Assembly: GCA_964354025.1 (NCBI GenBank)
Contig: CAYGXQ010000003.1
Coordinates: 16,888 to 80,887 of the forward strand
Direction: 5' to 3'
DNA from: an uncultured Gammaproteobacteria bacterium
GTDB taxonomy: Bacteria > Patescibacteriota > Microgenomatia > 2-02-FULL-39-11
DNA length: 64,000 nt
A program made the translations under genes and the position numbers. Positions 55,624-64,000 of the stretch are shown here, piece by piece; the first letter of the stretch is position 1, and every line of letters starts with the position of its first letter. The notes under the pieces were generated by a model. The model worked only from the letters and a program-made list of their open reading frames with translations, was not told the origin of the DNA and ran no database searches.

Positions 55624-57222
55624 ATGGTAGCTAAAGAAGCTTATCCGTCTCATCTATATCAAATACATCATAAGGATGGAAACTTATCATTTATTGGTGA
55701 TACAAGAAGCGTTAAAAAGGATAGTCCACTGGCTTACAGAAACTCATCAATGCCGATAAGTGATGCAGATTTCGGAGCTAAATTAGATCAAGCTTCATTA
55801 CCTCTCAATAGAGGTACTACCAAAATTATTGGCTGGGGAGGAGACAGTGTGTGCATAAGATTAGGAAATGGGAGCGATCGTTATGCAGCTGTACTAAGAA
55901 GTAATCGAGAACCTGGGAATTGGGATTCTCTTTTGAAACACTGGAGAAGAGAGCAAGAGTCGAATATAATATTTCATCCTCATACTATTCCAGAAGCTTT
56001 AGTAATAGTGAACGGTATAGATGGTCAACCGGCAGTAATGAAAATTGCTCGGGAAGTTACTGGTGCGACGCTATCCGAAGTTTCAAGTTTATATCTGTTT
56101 TTAAACAGAAGGATAATAGAGCAATATATACACTGGAGCAAAACAAATTTAAAAAGATTTTTACATGAGAGAGTAATTACCGATCCTATTGGTCATACTA
56201 ATAGTAATACACTTAAAGCTTTATTCGAAAAATATGGCCTTTTTTTATTCGAATCAAGTAATTTAATGATTGATTTTCAGCATAATAATCTTGTGATGAT
56301 TGATGGTGAGTCAGACGATTTTCGAAACCTTCCACCCCACCGAAAAGTCCAACTATTATCTCGAGCTGTTAATATGGGCGTTAGTATTGGTATTCTTGAG
56401 TTGTTTCAAGGAATACACAAAGTACATGATAGATTGTTTCCTTCTTCTATAGATAAAGAGCAAACTGATAATACTCCTGGTGTAGATCAATTAAAGGAGG
56501 GTTTTGCGGAAACTATTAGGATTCTTGATGATTCACGTCTAAACTACAGAATAGTAGGTTCTTTTGCTGCTGCAGCAACCATTAATGCTGCAGGCGGAAA
56601 TTATTATTTAACCCCGTTTAGAAGAGACAGAACAATTAGAGATATTGACGTATTAGTTTTGGATGGAGATCCGGATAGAGTAGAAAAAGTAAAAAGTGAG
56701 ATTAATTCAAGAAAAAAACAGAATCATTTTTATCCCGAAATCTCATTTGTCATACCCAGAGTGTTTGAGAGAAGCCAAAGTTATGTTGAAAGTAGAGCCT
56801 CTATCTTGCCACTGCTTATCACAAGGATAGCGATGGATTGTTCTGGTAATTTTTACCTAGTTTATGAGGAAAAATATACACAATTACCAATGGACTATTT
56901 AAATCCCATATATAAAACATATGAAGGTGTAGTATTTCCCACTTTAGAGGCAGGGGTACTTGCAGGACTTTATTTAACCAGGATGGGTGTATTTAAATCT
57001 AAAGACATCGAAAAGGTTGCTACTCTTCTAGATTTAACCAAAGCTCAAATCCCAGTAGAATTTCTTGATTTTTCTAGAGTACTAAGAACAAATTGGCCCA
57101 CTCTTTATAGAAATTTTTTAATTAGAGACATTATTCATTATTTTTCAGGGGGACTTTTAAGTAGGGGTATTTATTCATATATAATATCCCGTTTCACTAA
57201 TCGAAATAATAGAAAAAACTAA
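55624..57222 (+). CDS. Putative kinase-like + nucleotidyltransferase fusion
   Basis: IGWGGDSV, REVTGATL, D...SNLMID and LVMID; then IVGSFA, DIDV and KD; low GC. Confidence 0.55.
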   Translation: MVAKEAYPSHLYQIHHKDGNLSFIGDTRSVKKDSPLAYRNSSMPISDADFGAKLDQASLPLNRGTTKIIGWGGDSVCIRLGNGSDRYAAVLRSNREPGNWDSLLKHWRREQESNIIFHPHTIPEALVIVNGIDGQPAVMKIAREVTGATLSEVSSLYLFLNRRIIEQYIHWSKTNLKRFLHERVITDPIGHTNSNTLKALFEKYGLFLFESSNLMIDFQHNNLVMIDGESDDFRNLPPHRKVQLLSRAVNMGVSIGILELFQGIHKVHDRLFPSSIDKEQTDNTPGVDQLKEGFAETIRILDDSRLNYRIVGSFAAAATINAAGGNYYLTPFRRDRTIRDIDVLVLDGDPDRVEKVKSEINSRKKQNHFYPEISFVIPRVFERSQSYVESRASILPLLITRIAMDCSGNFYLVYEEKYTQLPMDYLNPIYKTYEGVVFPTLEAGVLAGLYLTRMGVFKSKDIEKVATLLDLTKAQIPVEFLDFSRVLRTNWPTLYRNFLIRDIIHYFSGGLLSRGIYSYIISRFTNRNNRKN

Positions 57223-57323
57223 TTAGTCTTTACAAAAAGAATGAATCTAAACATCATCCATTAGTAATAAGTTAGGTTCAGATGATATCCCACAGGTGGA
57301 GTAGAAAAGGATATAATAATAAA

Positions 57324-57752
57324 ATGAGGACAATCAAGATAGCGGTTATTGCGATTATCGCTTTGACCATTCTTGCCTGGAGGCTTGACCGCGCTCTTTT
57401 CAATCCTTACATTCCGGATTATCAGGACCAGATCCGCTCCGACGTCACTACCCTTAAATTTACCGTTCCCAAAGACAAAGAGGGCTGCGAGAAAGCCGGC
57501 GGTGTTTGGAAAAAGATGGGTCCCAGACCCTTTGAAGAATGCAACCTGCCGACTAAAGACAGCGGCAAAAGCTGCGAAAGCAGTAATGTTTGCGAAGGAG
57601 TGTGTTTGGCGCAACTGTCAAGAGAAGATCTGCAAAAGGGGATGAGAGGACAAAAATTCAAGACCAAAGGCCAGTGTTCGAGTTATATCAAAATAATGGG
57701 CTGTCAGGCGTACGTCTATCAGGGTTGGGCGAGTGTCGTTTGCGCCGATTGA
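57324..57752 (+). CDS. Secreted Cys-rich protein
   Basis: CEKAGGVW and CNLPTKDSGKSC. Confidence 0.75.
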   Translation: MRTIKIAVIAIIALTILAWRLDRALFNPYIPDYQDQIRSDVTTLKFTVPKDKEGCEKAGGVWKKMGPRPFEECNLPTKDSGKSCESSNVCEGVCLAQLSREDLQKGMRGQKFKTKGQCSSYIKIMGCQAYVYQGWASVVCAD

Positions 57753-57757
57753 AAAAA

Positions 57758-59221
57758 ATGAACACGAAAAAATTTACCATCCTCCACAGCAACGATATGC
57801 ACGGTGATTTCCTGCCTGAGACCCTGATGGAGAAAAAAGAACAGATTGGCGGCCTGGCCCTTTTATCAGGCTACGTGAAAAAAGTCAGGGCCTCGGAAGA
57901 AAATATTTTATACGTCATCTCCGGCGACATGCTGCAGGGGTCTTTAATTGACAGCGAGTATAAAGGGATCTCGACCATTGAAATCATGAATTACCTTTCT
58001 CCCGATGTGGCCACTTTAGGCAACCACGAATTTGACTACGGTTTGCCCCATCTTCTTTTTTTGGAAAAAATGGCCAACTTCCCGATTGTCAACGCCAACC
58101 TTTACATCAAGCCTTATATGAAGAGATTGATGAAGCCTTATATTATCTTGAAAAAGGCGGGCTTTGACATCCTTTTTACCGGCATCATTACCGATAAAAT
58201 CATTGACGCTTTAAAAACCGATGACCTGATCGGCAGTTTCGTTACTCTTCAGGAAGCTTCCGAGGAAGTCGGCAAAATCACCAATGCCTATAAAAATGAC
58301 GATATCGATTTGACAGTGCTTCTTACCCATATCGGTTTTGAGTCAGACATCGCCCTGGCCAAAATGCTTAAAAAGGAATGGGGAGTGGACCTGATCATCG
58401 GCGGCCATTCGCATACCGCTTTGGAAAAGCCGGAAAAAGTGAATGATATTTTGATTGCCCAGGCCGGCACCGGTACCAACCAGATCGGCCGGTTTGATAT
58501 CGTCGTTGACGACGACACCAACAGCATTGTTGAGTATGAGTGGAAATTAGTACCAATTAATGACGAAACTTGCGAACCAGACAAAGACTTGATTGATTAT
58601 ATCGGCTCTTTCAAAAAAAGAGTCGACGCCAAATACTCCACTCCCATCTGCCGTTTCAATGATGTTTTAACCCATCCCAAAAGGGAAATCGAGACGGCTT
58701 TGGGTAACCTGGTGGCCGATATTTTTGCGGAAAACAGCGAAGCGGATGTGGTTTTGGTTGGTTCAGGTTCGATCAGAGTCAAAGAGCTCGGGCCGGTGGT
58801 TACCTTAGGCAATCTCGAGCAGTGTTTCCCTTATGATGATGTCCTTTGGCGCTTTAGCGTAAACGGGGCCACTGTCAGGAAAATATTTCAGCATATCATG
58901 CGGCTGGAAAACCGGGATGGGGAGGGGGAGTGTTACCAGTTGAACGGGAAAGTGAAGGCGATCTATAATGATAAAAAGAAAGGTCTGGAAAAGCTGACGG
59001 TTGACGGAAAACCGGTGGATGATAAAGCTTTATACAAAATTGCCATGCAGGGATTTCATTATAATAATGCCCTTTCTTATTTGGGAGTCGATCAGGATGA
59101 ATTGAAAGCACGGGGAGAGGAGAAAGTGGTGACCACTTCCGGCAAGCAGGTTTTGGAAGAATATTTGCGGAATCATCAAAACATTGGCAAATCAATTGAA
59201 GGGAGAATAATTTATTTATGA
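57758..59221 (+). CDS. 5'-nucleotidase/UshA-type metallophosphatase without signal peptide
   Basis: HSNDMHG, SGD, GNHEFD, THIG, GGHSH and C-terminal 5'-NT domain. Confidence 0.9.
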   Translation: MNTKKFTILHSNDMHGDFLPETLMEKKEQIGGLALLSGYVKKVRASEENILYVISGDMLQGSLIDSEYKGISTIEIMNYLSPDVATLGNHEFDYGLPHLLFLEKMANFPIVNANLYIKPYMKRLMKPYIILKKAGFDILFTGIITDKIIDALKTDDLIGSFVTLQEASEEVGKITNAYKNDDIDLTVLLTHIGFESDIALAKMLKKEWGVDLIIGGHSHTALEKPEKVNDILIAQAGTGTNQIGRFDIVVDDDTNSIVEYEWKLVPINDETCEPDKDLIDYIGSFKKRVDAKYSTPICRFNDVLTHPKREIETALGNLVADIFAENSEADVVLVGSGSIRVKELGPVVTLGNLEQCFPYDDVLWRFSVNGATVRKIFQHIMRLENRDGEGECYQLNGKVKAIYNDKKKGLEKLTVDGKPVDDKALYKIAMQGFHYNNALSYLGVDQDELKARGEEKVVTTSGKQVLEEYLRNHQNIGKSIEGRIIYL

Positions 59222-59748
59222 AAAAATTATTGGTTTTTATCATCCCGGCGGTTATCATAGTTTTGGTCATAGGCTTTTTCATACGGCGGCAAAATACATT
59301 AAATACCATTGTTTCCAATCCGGTTGAGACAATTAATCCATTGCCTTCCTCAATGGTAAAACAGAAATTAAACCAGATGCTTCCTCTTCGACAGGAAGAC
59401 GTTATCGGGGTATTTTTTGAGCAGATCAACGGGAAAAAAATCCCGGAGGCTATCGCCATGATGGATGAGGCAACGGTGGGCGATGATTCAGCAAAACAAG
59501 CATGGGGTGTGCAGTTTAACAGTCTGTCCGAGATAAAAATAGAAAAAATCGAGCCGTCTATGAGAGAAGAATGGACGGATACGACTCAAACCTACAGAGT
59601 AGATTTAATTCTCAAGGTGGATCCAAGCGCCGCCTCCGCGCCGATCCCGAATTACGGTTGGGAAAGCGGTAAAAATACCAGATGGGTTGGGTTGATTAAA
59701 AACGAGAAAAACCGTTGGAAAGTTTCCGGTATCGGCACCGGTCCTTAG
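59218..59748 (+). CDS. Single-TM protein, NTF2-like domain
   Basis: TM; ends in WKVSGIGTGP. Confidence 0.7.
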   Translation: MKKLLVFIIPAVIIVLVIGFFIRRQNTLNTIVSNPVETINPLPSSMVKQKLNQMLPLRQEDVIGVFFEQINGKKIPEAIAMMDEATVGDDSAKQAWGVQFNSLSEIKIEKIEPSMREEWTDTTQTYRVDLILKVDPSAASAPIPNYGWESGKNTRWVGLIKNEKNRWKVSGIGTGP

Positions 59749-60266
59749 GCTTTTTTAAGATTGACCAAATATTCGGCGATAAAACCGGATAACAGAATCA
59801 GGACAGCCGTTAATAAAAAGCGGATCAACATAAAAAGCATTCCCATAAAATGCAGTTCCACCAATTCGGCAATGACGCCGATACCGTTCCAGGCAGAAAC
59901 AAAAATGATGACAGCAGAAACCCTGGCCCCTTTATCCAAAAAATTCTTGGCCATCGGGAAAGACAGGTAAAAAGGCCCGGTTGACATCAAAGAACCCAAA
60001 AATAGAGCTTTGAGGGAACCGTAAAAACCGGTTCCCCGGCCGAAATTCTTTTCAATCATTTCCGGCGTCACCATGACGGAGAAAATACCGATGAGGAGGA
60101 TAATGGCCGGGAAGATTAAGATAAATTGGGCAAAAGATTTCCAGGAAGATTGCAGCGATGAGATCAGCTTATCGGGGAAAAAATAGAAGACGATTGCCAT
60201 AATAATGATGAAAATGAAGAGATAGAGAAACGAAGATATGGTTTGATTTTGTTTTTGCTTATCCAT
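59745..60266 (-). CDS. Half-size permease (ArsP-like)
   Basis: TMs; GPFYLSFP...KGA. Confidence 0.75.
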   Translation of the reverse strand: MDKQKQNQTISSFLYLFIFIIIMAIVFYFFPDKLISSLQSSWKSFAQFILIFPAIILLIGIFSVMVTPEMIEKNFGRGTGFYGSLKALFLGSLMSTGPFYLSFPMAKNFLDKGARVSAVIIFVSAWNGIGVIAELVELHFMGMLFMLIRFLLTAVLILLSGFIAEYLVNLKKA

Positions 60267-60270
60267 ATTT

Positions 60271-60771
60271 TTAGGTAATAAGATGAAAGATCAGTCCGGT
60301 CAAAAGACCGACAGTAACCGAAATCAGATAGGTCAAGCCTACGCGGATAAAAGGCAGTTTTTTGCCCAGATATTTCATCTCAATCGGAAGAGTAAAAATG
60401 GAAGCCATGGTGGAGGCACAGGCGAAAACCGCCACCGTACCGACAGCCGCTCCGCCGTGGTAAAGCGTGGCGGCAATCGGGAAGGCGATGATGCCCGGAA
60501 TTTGCAAAAAGGAGCTGAATACAGAGACAAAAAAGAAACCTTTCAGTCCCGCCTGGTCGCCCAAGTAGTTGGCGATATTTTCTGGACTAAAAAAAGCGGA
60601 GAAGAGACCGATCAGGCCGACGATGATAAGAATCAGCGGCAGCATGCCAAAAATGGTTTGCCAGCCGGTGGTAAGCGCCCTGAGCCCTTTTTCCTTATCT
60701 TTGATGAGGATATAAAGCCAAACAGCGATAATGACTCCGTTGACCAAAATAGCAAACAGAAGATCGTTCAT
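60271..60771 (-). CDS. Half-size permease (ArsP-like), partner subunit
   Basis: PGIIAFPIA and PIEMKYLG. Confidence 0.75.
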   Translation of the reverse strand: MNDLLFAILVNGVIIAVWLYILIKDKEKGLRALTTGWQTIFGMLPLILIIVGLIGLFSAFFSPENIANYLGDQAGLKGFFFVSVFSSFLQIPGIIAFPIAATLYHGGAAVGTVAVFACASTMASIFTLPIEMKYLGKKLPFIRVGLTYLISVTVGLLTGLIFHLIT

Positions 60772-60854
60772 ATTTTTGGTGACTAAGATGATAGTAAAAT
60801 ATTTTAGTAGTATTTGTAAACAGCAATTTTCTCCACGGATGATATAATTAGCCC

Positions 60855-61415
60855 ATGAATCGGGATGTTTTTATTTTCCATGGTACGGCGGGCAACCCGC
60901 AGGAAAATTGGTTTCCTTGGTTAAAAGGGCAACTGGAGAAAAAAGGTTGTCGTATTTTTGTTCCTCAATTTCCCACTCCCGAAGGAGAATCGCTTGATGC
61001 CTGGTTAAAAATATTGGATGGTTATAAACAATATATTAATAAAGAGACTATTCTGATTGGACACAGCAAAGGAGGATTGTTTTTACTCCGTTTACTGGAA
61101 AGATTGAAACAACCTGTTTACGCCTCGTTTTTCGTTTCAGCCCCAATAGGGATAAAGTCTTATGTTTATTATAATCAGAGTTATAAATTCGCCCATGGAT
61201 TCAATTTTGATTGGGAAACGATTAAATCTCATTCCCAACATTTTACCGTTTATCATTCAGACGATGATCCGTATACTTGTCTTGACAACGGTAAGGGACT
61301 CGCTAAAAAACTTGGTATTCAACTTACTTTCATCCCTCACGCCGGCCACTTCAATGAAAAAAGCGGATATATAAGGTTTGAAAGATTATTAAAAGATATT
61401 GAAAGGATACTGTAG
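60855..61415 (+). CDS. RBBP9/YdeN alpha/beta hydrolase
   Basis: FHG, NWFPWL, GHSKGG, SDDDP and GHFN. Confidence 0.9.
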   Translation: MNRDVFIFHGTAGNPQENWFPWLKGQLEKKGCRIFVPQFPTPEGESLDAWLKILDGYKQYINKETILIGHSKGGLFLLRLLERLKQPVYASFFVSAPIGIKSYVYYNQSYKFAHGFNFDWETIKSHSQHFTVYHSDDDPYTCLDNGKGLAKKLGIQLTFIPHAGHFNEKSGYIRFERLLKDIERIL

Positions 61416-61416
61416 T

Positions 61417-62793
61417 ATGAAGAAAATTATATCCACTAATCCGGGCAGAAATTACGAAATAGTCGGAGAAGTTGTGGTGACTCCAAACAGCGACATCAGA
61501 CAAAAAGTAAAAGACGCCAATGACATAAAAGAGGATTGGCGAAGACTTGGGGTAGTCAAAAGAGCGGCGATACTTCGAAAAGCCTATCAGGCTTTCCAAA
61601 AAAGAGCCGGAGAAATTGCCGAAATCATCACCAAAGAAATCGGCGCGCCGATTACCGAATGTCGGGAAGAAGTGGCGTGGGACTGGGGATATTTCGAATG
61701 GTTTTTAGATCATGCGCAGCAATACCTTGCCCCTGAAATTATCCATGAAGACAAAAACGAGATTTTCAGACAAATCTATGAGCCGCTTGGGACGGCGGCG
61801 GTGATTACGCCATGGAACTTGCCCTTTGATCTGTTTTTGTGGGGCGTAATCCCGAATCTGTTGGTTGGCAATACGGTTGTTTATAAAGCCTCGTCGCAGT
61901 GCGCTTTGTCCGGCAAATTATTTGGAGAAATTATGGAGAGCGCCGGTTTACCCAAAGGCGTTTTTTCCGCCATCCACGGCACCAGTATCCAGGGAGATTA
62001 TTTAGTCCGCCAGGCAGTTGATCTAATCTGGTTTACCGGCAGCAGCGAGGTGGGGAAACACTTATATCAGCTGGCCGGAGAGAAATTCATCAAAGCGGTG
62101 ATGGAAATGGGTGGCTCCAACCCGGCGATTGTTTTTGCAGATGCCGACCTTGATTTAATGACGGATAAGATCATGTTTAAAAGATACGCCTATACCGGCC
62201 AGACTTGCGATGCGGTCAAACGGCTGATTGTTCATAAAGAAGTATTCACTCAGGTGGTTAACAGATTGAAAGCTAGAGTAGCAAAGATTGTTATCGGAGA
62301 TCCGCAGGACCCGAAAACGCAAATGGGTCCGCTGACTTCCAAAAAGCAGGTGGATAAATTGATAAGGCAAGTTAAAGCGTCGGTGAAAATGGGCGCAAAA
62401 GTAATTACCGGCGCCAGGCAACCTGAAGATTTAAAAGGCGCTTATTATTTGCCGACGATTTTAACCGGAATTACCGGAAACATGCCGGTTTGGAAAGAAG
62501 AAGTTTTTGGGCCGGTTTTGCCGATTGTCCAGTTTGAAAATGAAAAAGAAGCGATAAAGTTAGCCAACGATACTCCTTACGGTTTAAGCGCTCAAGTTTA
62601 TACCAAAGATATAAAGCGGGCGCAAAAAATGGCCGGTGAGTTAAAAGCGGGAAGCGTGGATATAAACGGGATTAATCATTTCCGGCCGTTTGTTCCTTTT
62701 GGGGGAATTAAAGAGTCGGGCATGGGTAAAGAACACGGTAAACTCGGCTTCCATGACCTTTGCCGGATAAAAGTGATCTCGCAAACAAAGTGA
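61417..62793 (+). CDS. Aldehyde dehydrogenase family
   Basis: PWN, FTGS, EMGG, GQTC, EEVFGP and PFGG. Confidence 0.93.
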   Translation: MKKIISTNPGRNYEIVGEVVVTPNSDIRQKVKDANDIKEDWRRLGVVKRAAILRKAYQAFQKRAGEIAEIITKEIGAPITECREEVAWDWGYFEWFLDHAQQYLAPEIIHEDKNEIFRQIYEPLGTAAVITPWNLPFDLFLWGVIPNLLVGNTVVYKASSQCALSGKLFGEIMESAGLPKGVFSAIHGTSIQGDYLVRQAVDLIWFTGSSEVGKHLYQLAGEKFIKAVMEMGGSNPAIVFADADLDLMTDKIMFKRYAYTGQTCDAVKRLIVHKEVFTQVVNRLKARVAKIVIGDPQDPKTQMGPLTSKKQVDKLIRQVKASVKMGAKVITGARQPEDLKGAYYLPTILTGITGNMPVWKEEVFGPVLPIVQFENEKEAIKLANDTPYGLSAQVYTKDIKRAQKMAGELKAGSVDINGINHFRPFVPFGGIKESGMGKEHGKLGFHDLCRIKVISQTK

Positions 62794-62819
62794 TATAATT
62801 TAGCCGTGATAATTAAAAA

Positions 62820-63089
62820 ATGAACAATAACGAGTTACTAATGGCACTGGCGAGTGATCTTAAACGGATTGCTTTAGGTATCCAAAAAAAATCTTATCCC
62901 ATGGCTGACAGATTTTCCCAGGAAGCTCTTCGCTGGAAAAGTGAAATAAAAACAGGAGAATTACAGCATTATATGCGGGCAATAATAGATAATCTGGACA
63001 GGATATTAAAAGGTGAAAATTCCGACCGTAAAGCCGAGGACGCGCTTATGTATAGTACACTGATCCAGAATTATGTGATGTATAAATAA
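62820..63089 (+). CDS. Hypothetical protein
   Basis: LASDLKRIALG...AEDALMYSTLIQNY. Confidence 0.7.
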   Translation: MNNNELLMALASDLKRIALGIQKKSYPMADRFSQEALRWKSEIKTGELQHYMRAIIDNLDRILKGENSDRKAEDALMYSTLIQNYVMYK

Positions 63090-63215
63090 TAATTAAACAA
63101 ACCTGGGTTGAAGTTGATTATGAGAGAAAACAGACTAATAGCTATTTTCTCTACCTTGACATATTAAAGGTTATCGGTTAAACTTTTAATATAAATATTT
63201 ATATTAAAGGTTTTT

Positions 63216-64000
63216 ATGCCTAATTTTAAAGCCGGTACCTATAAACGGCAATTTCAGTATAAAAGTTTCTTCCCCAGCTTGATCAACCAATTGCCGGTGG
63301 AAATCAAAGATGAAAAATTGTTTCCGCTGGTGGAAGAGGCGGGAAATCTTTTAGGGAAATTAGACGCTTATTCTTCGCTTTTTGCCGACGTCAATTTTTT
63401 TATCCAAATGCATGTTGTCAAGGAAGCGACTACTTCCAGTTTCATCGAAGGAACAAAAACGAAAATTAATGAAGCTTTATTGCCAAAAGAGGCGATCGAT
63501 CCGGAAAAAAGAGATGATTGGCAGGAAGTGCAAAATTATATCAAAGCGCTTAATTTCGCCGTCAGTCAGCTGCCAAAACTGCCCCTTTCCATGAGGCTAA
63601 TCAAAACCGCCCATGGAATATTACTTTCCGGAGTCCGCGGTAAATATAAAACGCCCGGTGAGATCCGCAAGAGCCAAAACTGGATAGGGGGAAATTCTTT
63701 GCAGAATGCGACCTTTATCCCGCCGCACCCGGAAGATTTGCCTACGCTTTTGACCGATTTAGAAAAATTCTGGCATAATGAAGAATCAAAAATCCCATAC
63801 CTTATTAAAGTGGCTATTTCACATTACCAATTTGAAACCATCCATCCGTTTCTTGACGGCAATGGCCGTATTGGCAGGTTACTGATCATTTTGCAGCTGG
63901 TTGAGCACCAAATACTTCAAAAACCGACTTTGTATCTCTCTGAATATTTTGAGAAGTATCGGGTGGAATATTTTGATTCATTGTCCCGGGTAAGAATAGA
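63216..64000 (+). CDS. Fic protein (class II, Fic_N), runs off the window; not in the ORF track
   Basis: MPNFKAG..., [19 protein letters not shown] and [12 protein letters not shown]. Confidence 0.92.
   Translation, partial: MPNFKAGTYKRQFQYKSFFPSLINQLPVEIKDEKLFPLVEEAGNLLGKLDAYSSLFADVNFFIQMHVVKEATTSSFIEGTKTKINEALLPKEAIDPEKRDDWQEVQNYIKALNFAVSQLPKLPLSMRLIKTAHGILLSGVRGKYKTPGEIRKSQNWIGGNSLQNATFIPPHPEDLPTLLTDLEKFWHNEESKIPYLIKVAISHYQFETIHPFLDGNGRIGRLLIILQLVEHQILQKPTLYLSEYFEKYRVEYFDSLSRVRI

Noticed and set aside
60283-60786. Long antisense or alternate-frame ORFs in the track (also 4803-5258, 31492-31923, 58896-59459)
   Set aside because: They overlap well-supported genes and have no recognisable motifs; they are shadow ORFs.
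38300-63100. Integron cassette array
   Set aside because: Genes lie in mixed orientation, there is no intI, and no recurring attC with RYYYAAC/GTTRRRY ends was seen.

Overview
Gene-dense bacterial chromosome segment read in the standard code 11. Gene content and style point to a Patescibacteria/CPR genome, probably Microgenomates (inference): DUF4012, tandem class A PBPs, rplY, dnaG-rpoD, GapN, leaderless genes and many small palindromic repeats. Positions 1-38 kb are mostly core genes: a Clp ATPase C-terminus, rnhA, LCP, PBP1A x2, sodA-gapN, cmk, a purine-interconversion operon, an archaeal-type pantoate kinase/phosphopantothenate synthetase pair, dnaG, rpoD and uppP. Positions 38-64 kb are accessory and centred on a tRNA-Asn(GUU) gene split by a 196-nt group I intron inside the anticodon. 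That region also holds decayed integration-site remnants, four of the five Fic genes in the window (these four each have their own operator-like repeats), a kinase-like/nucleotidyltransferase fusion and a GIY-YIG pseudogene next to REP-like palindromes and a tRNA fragment. Several families of short hairpin repeats occur between genes, in frame inside proteins and as peripheral helices of the intron. All family calls come from motif recognition by eye; no searches were run.
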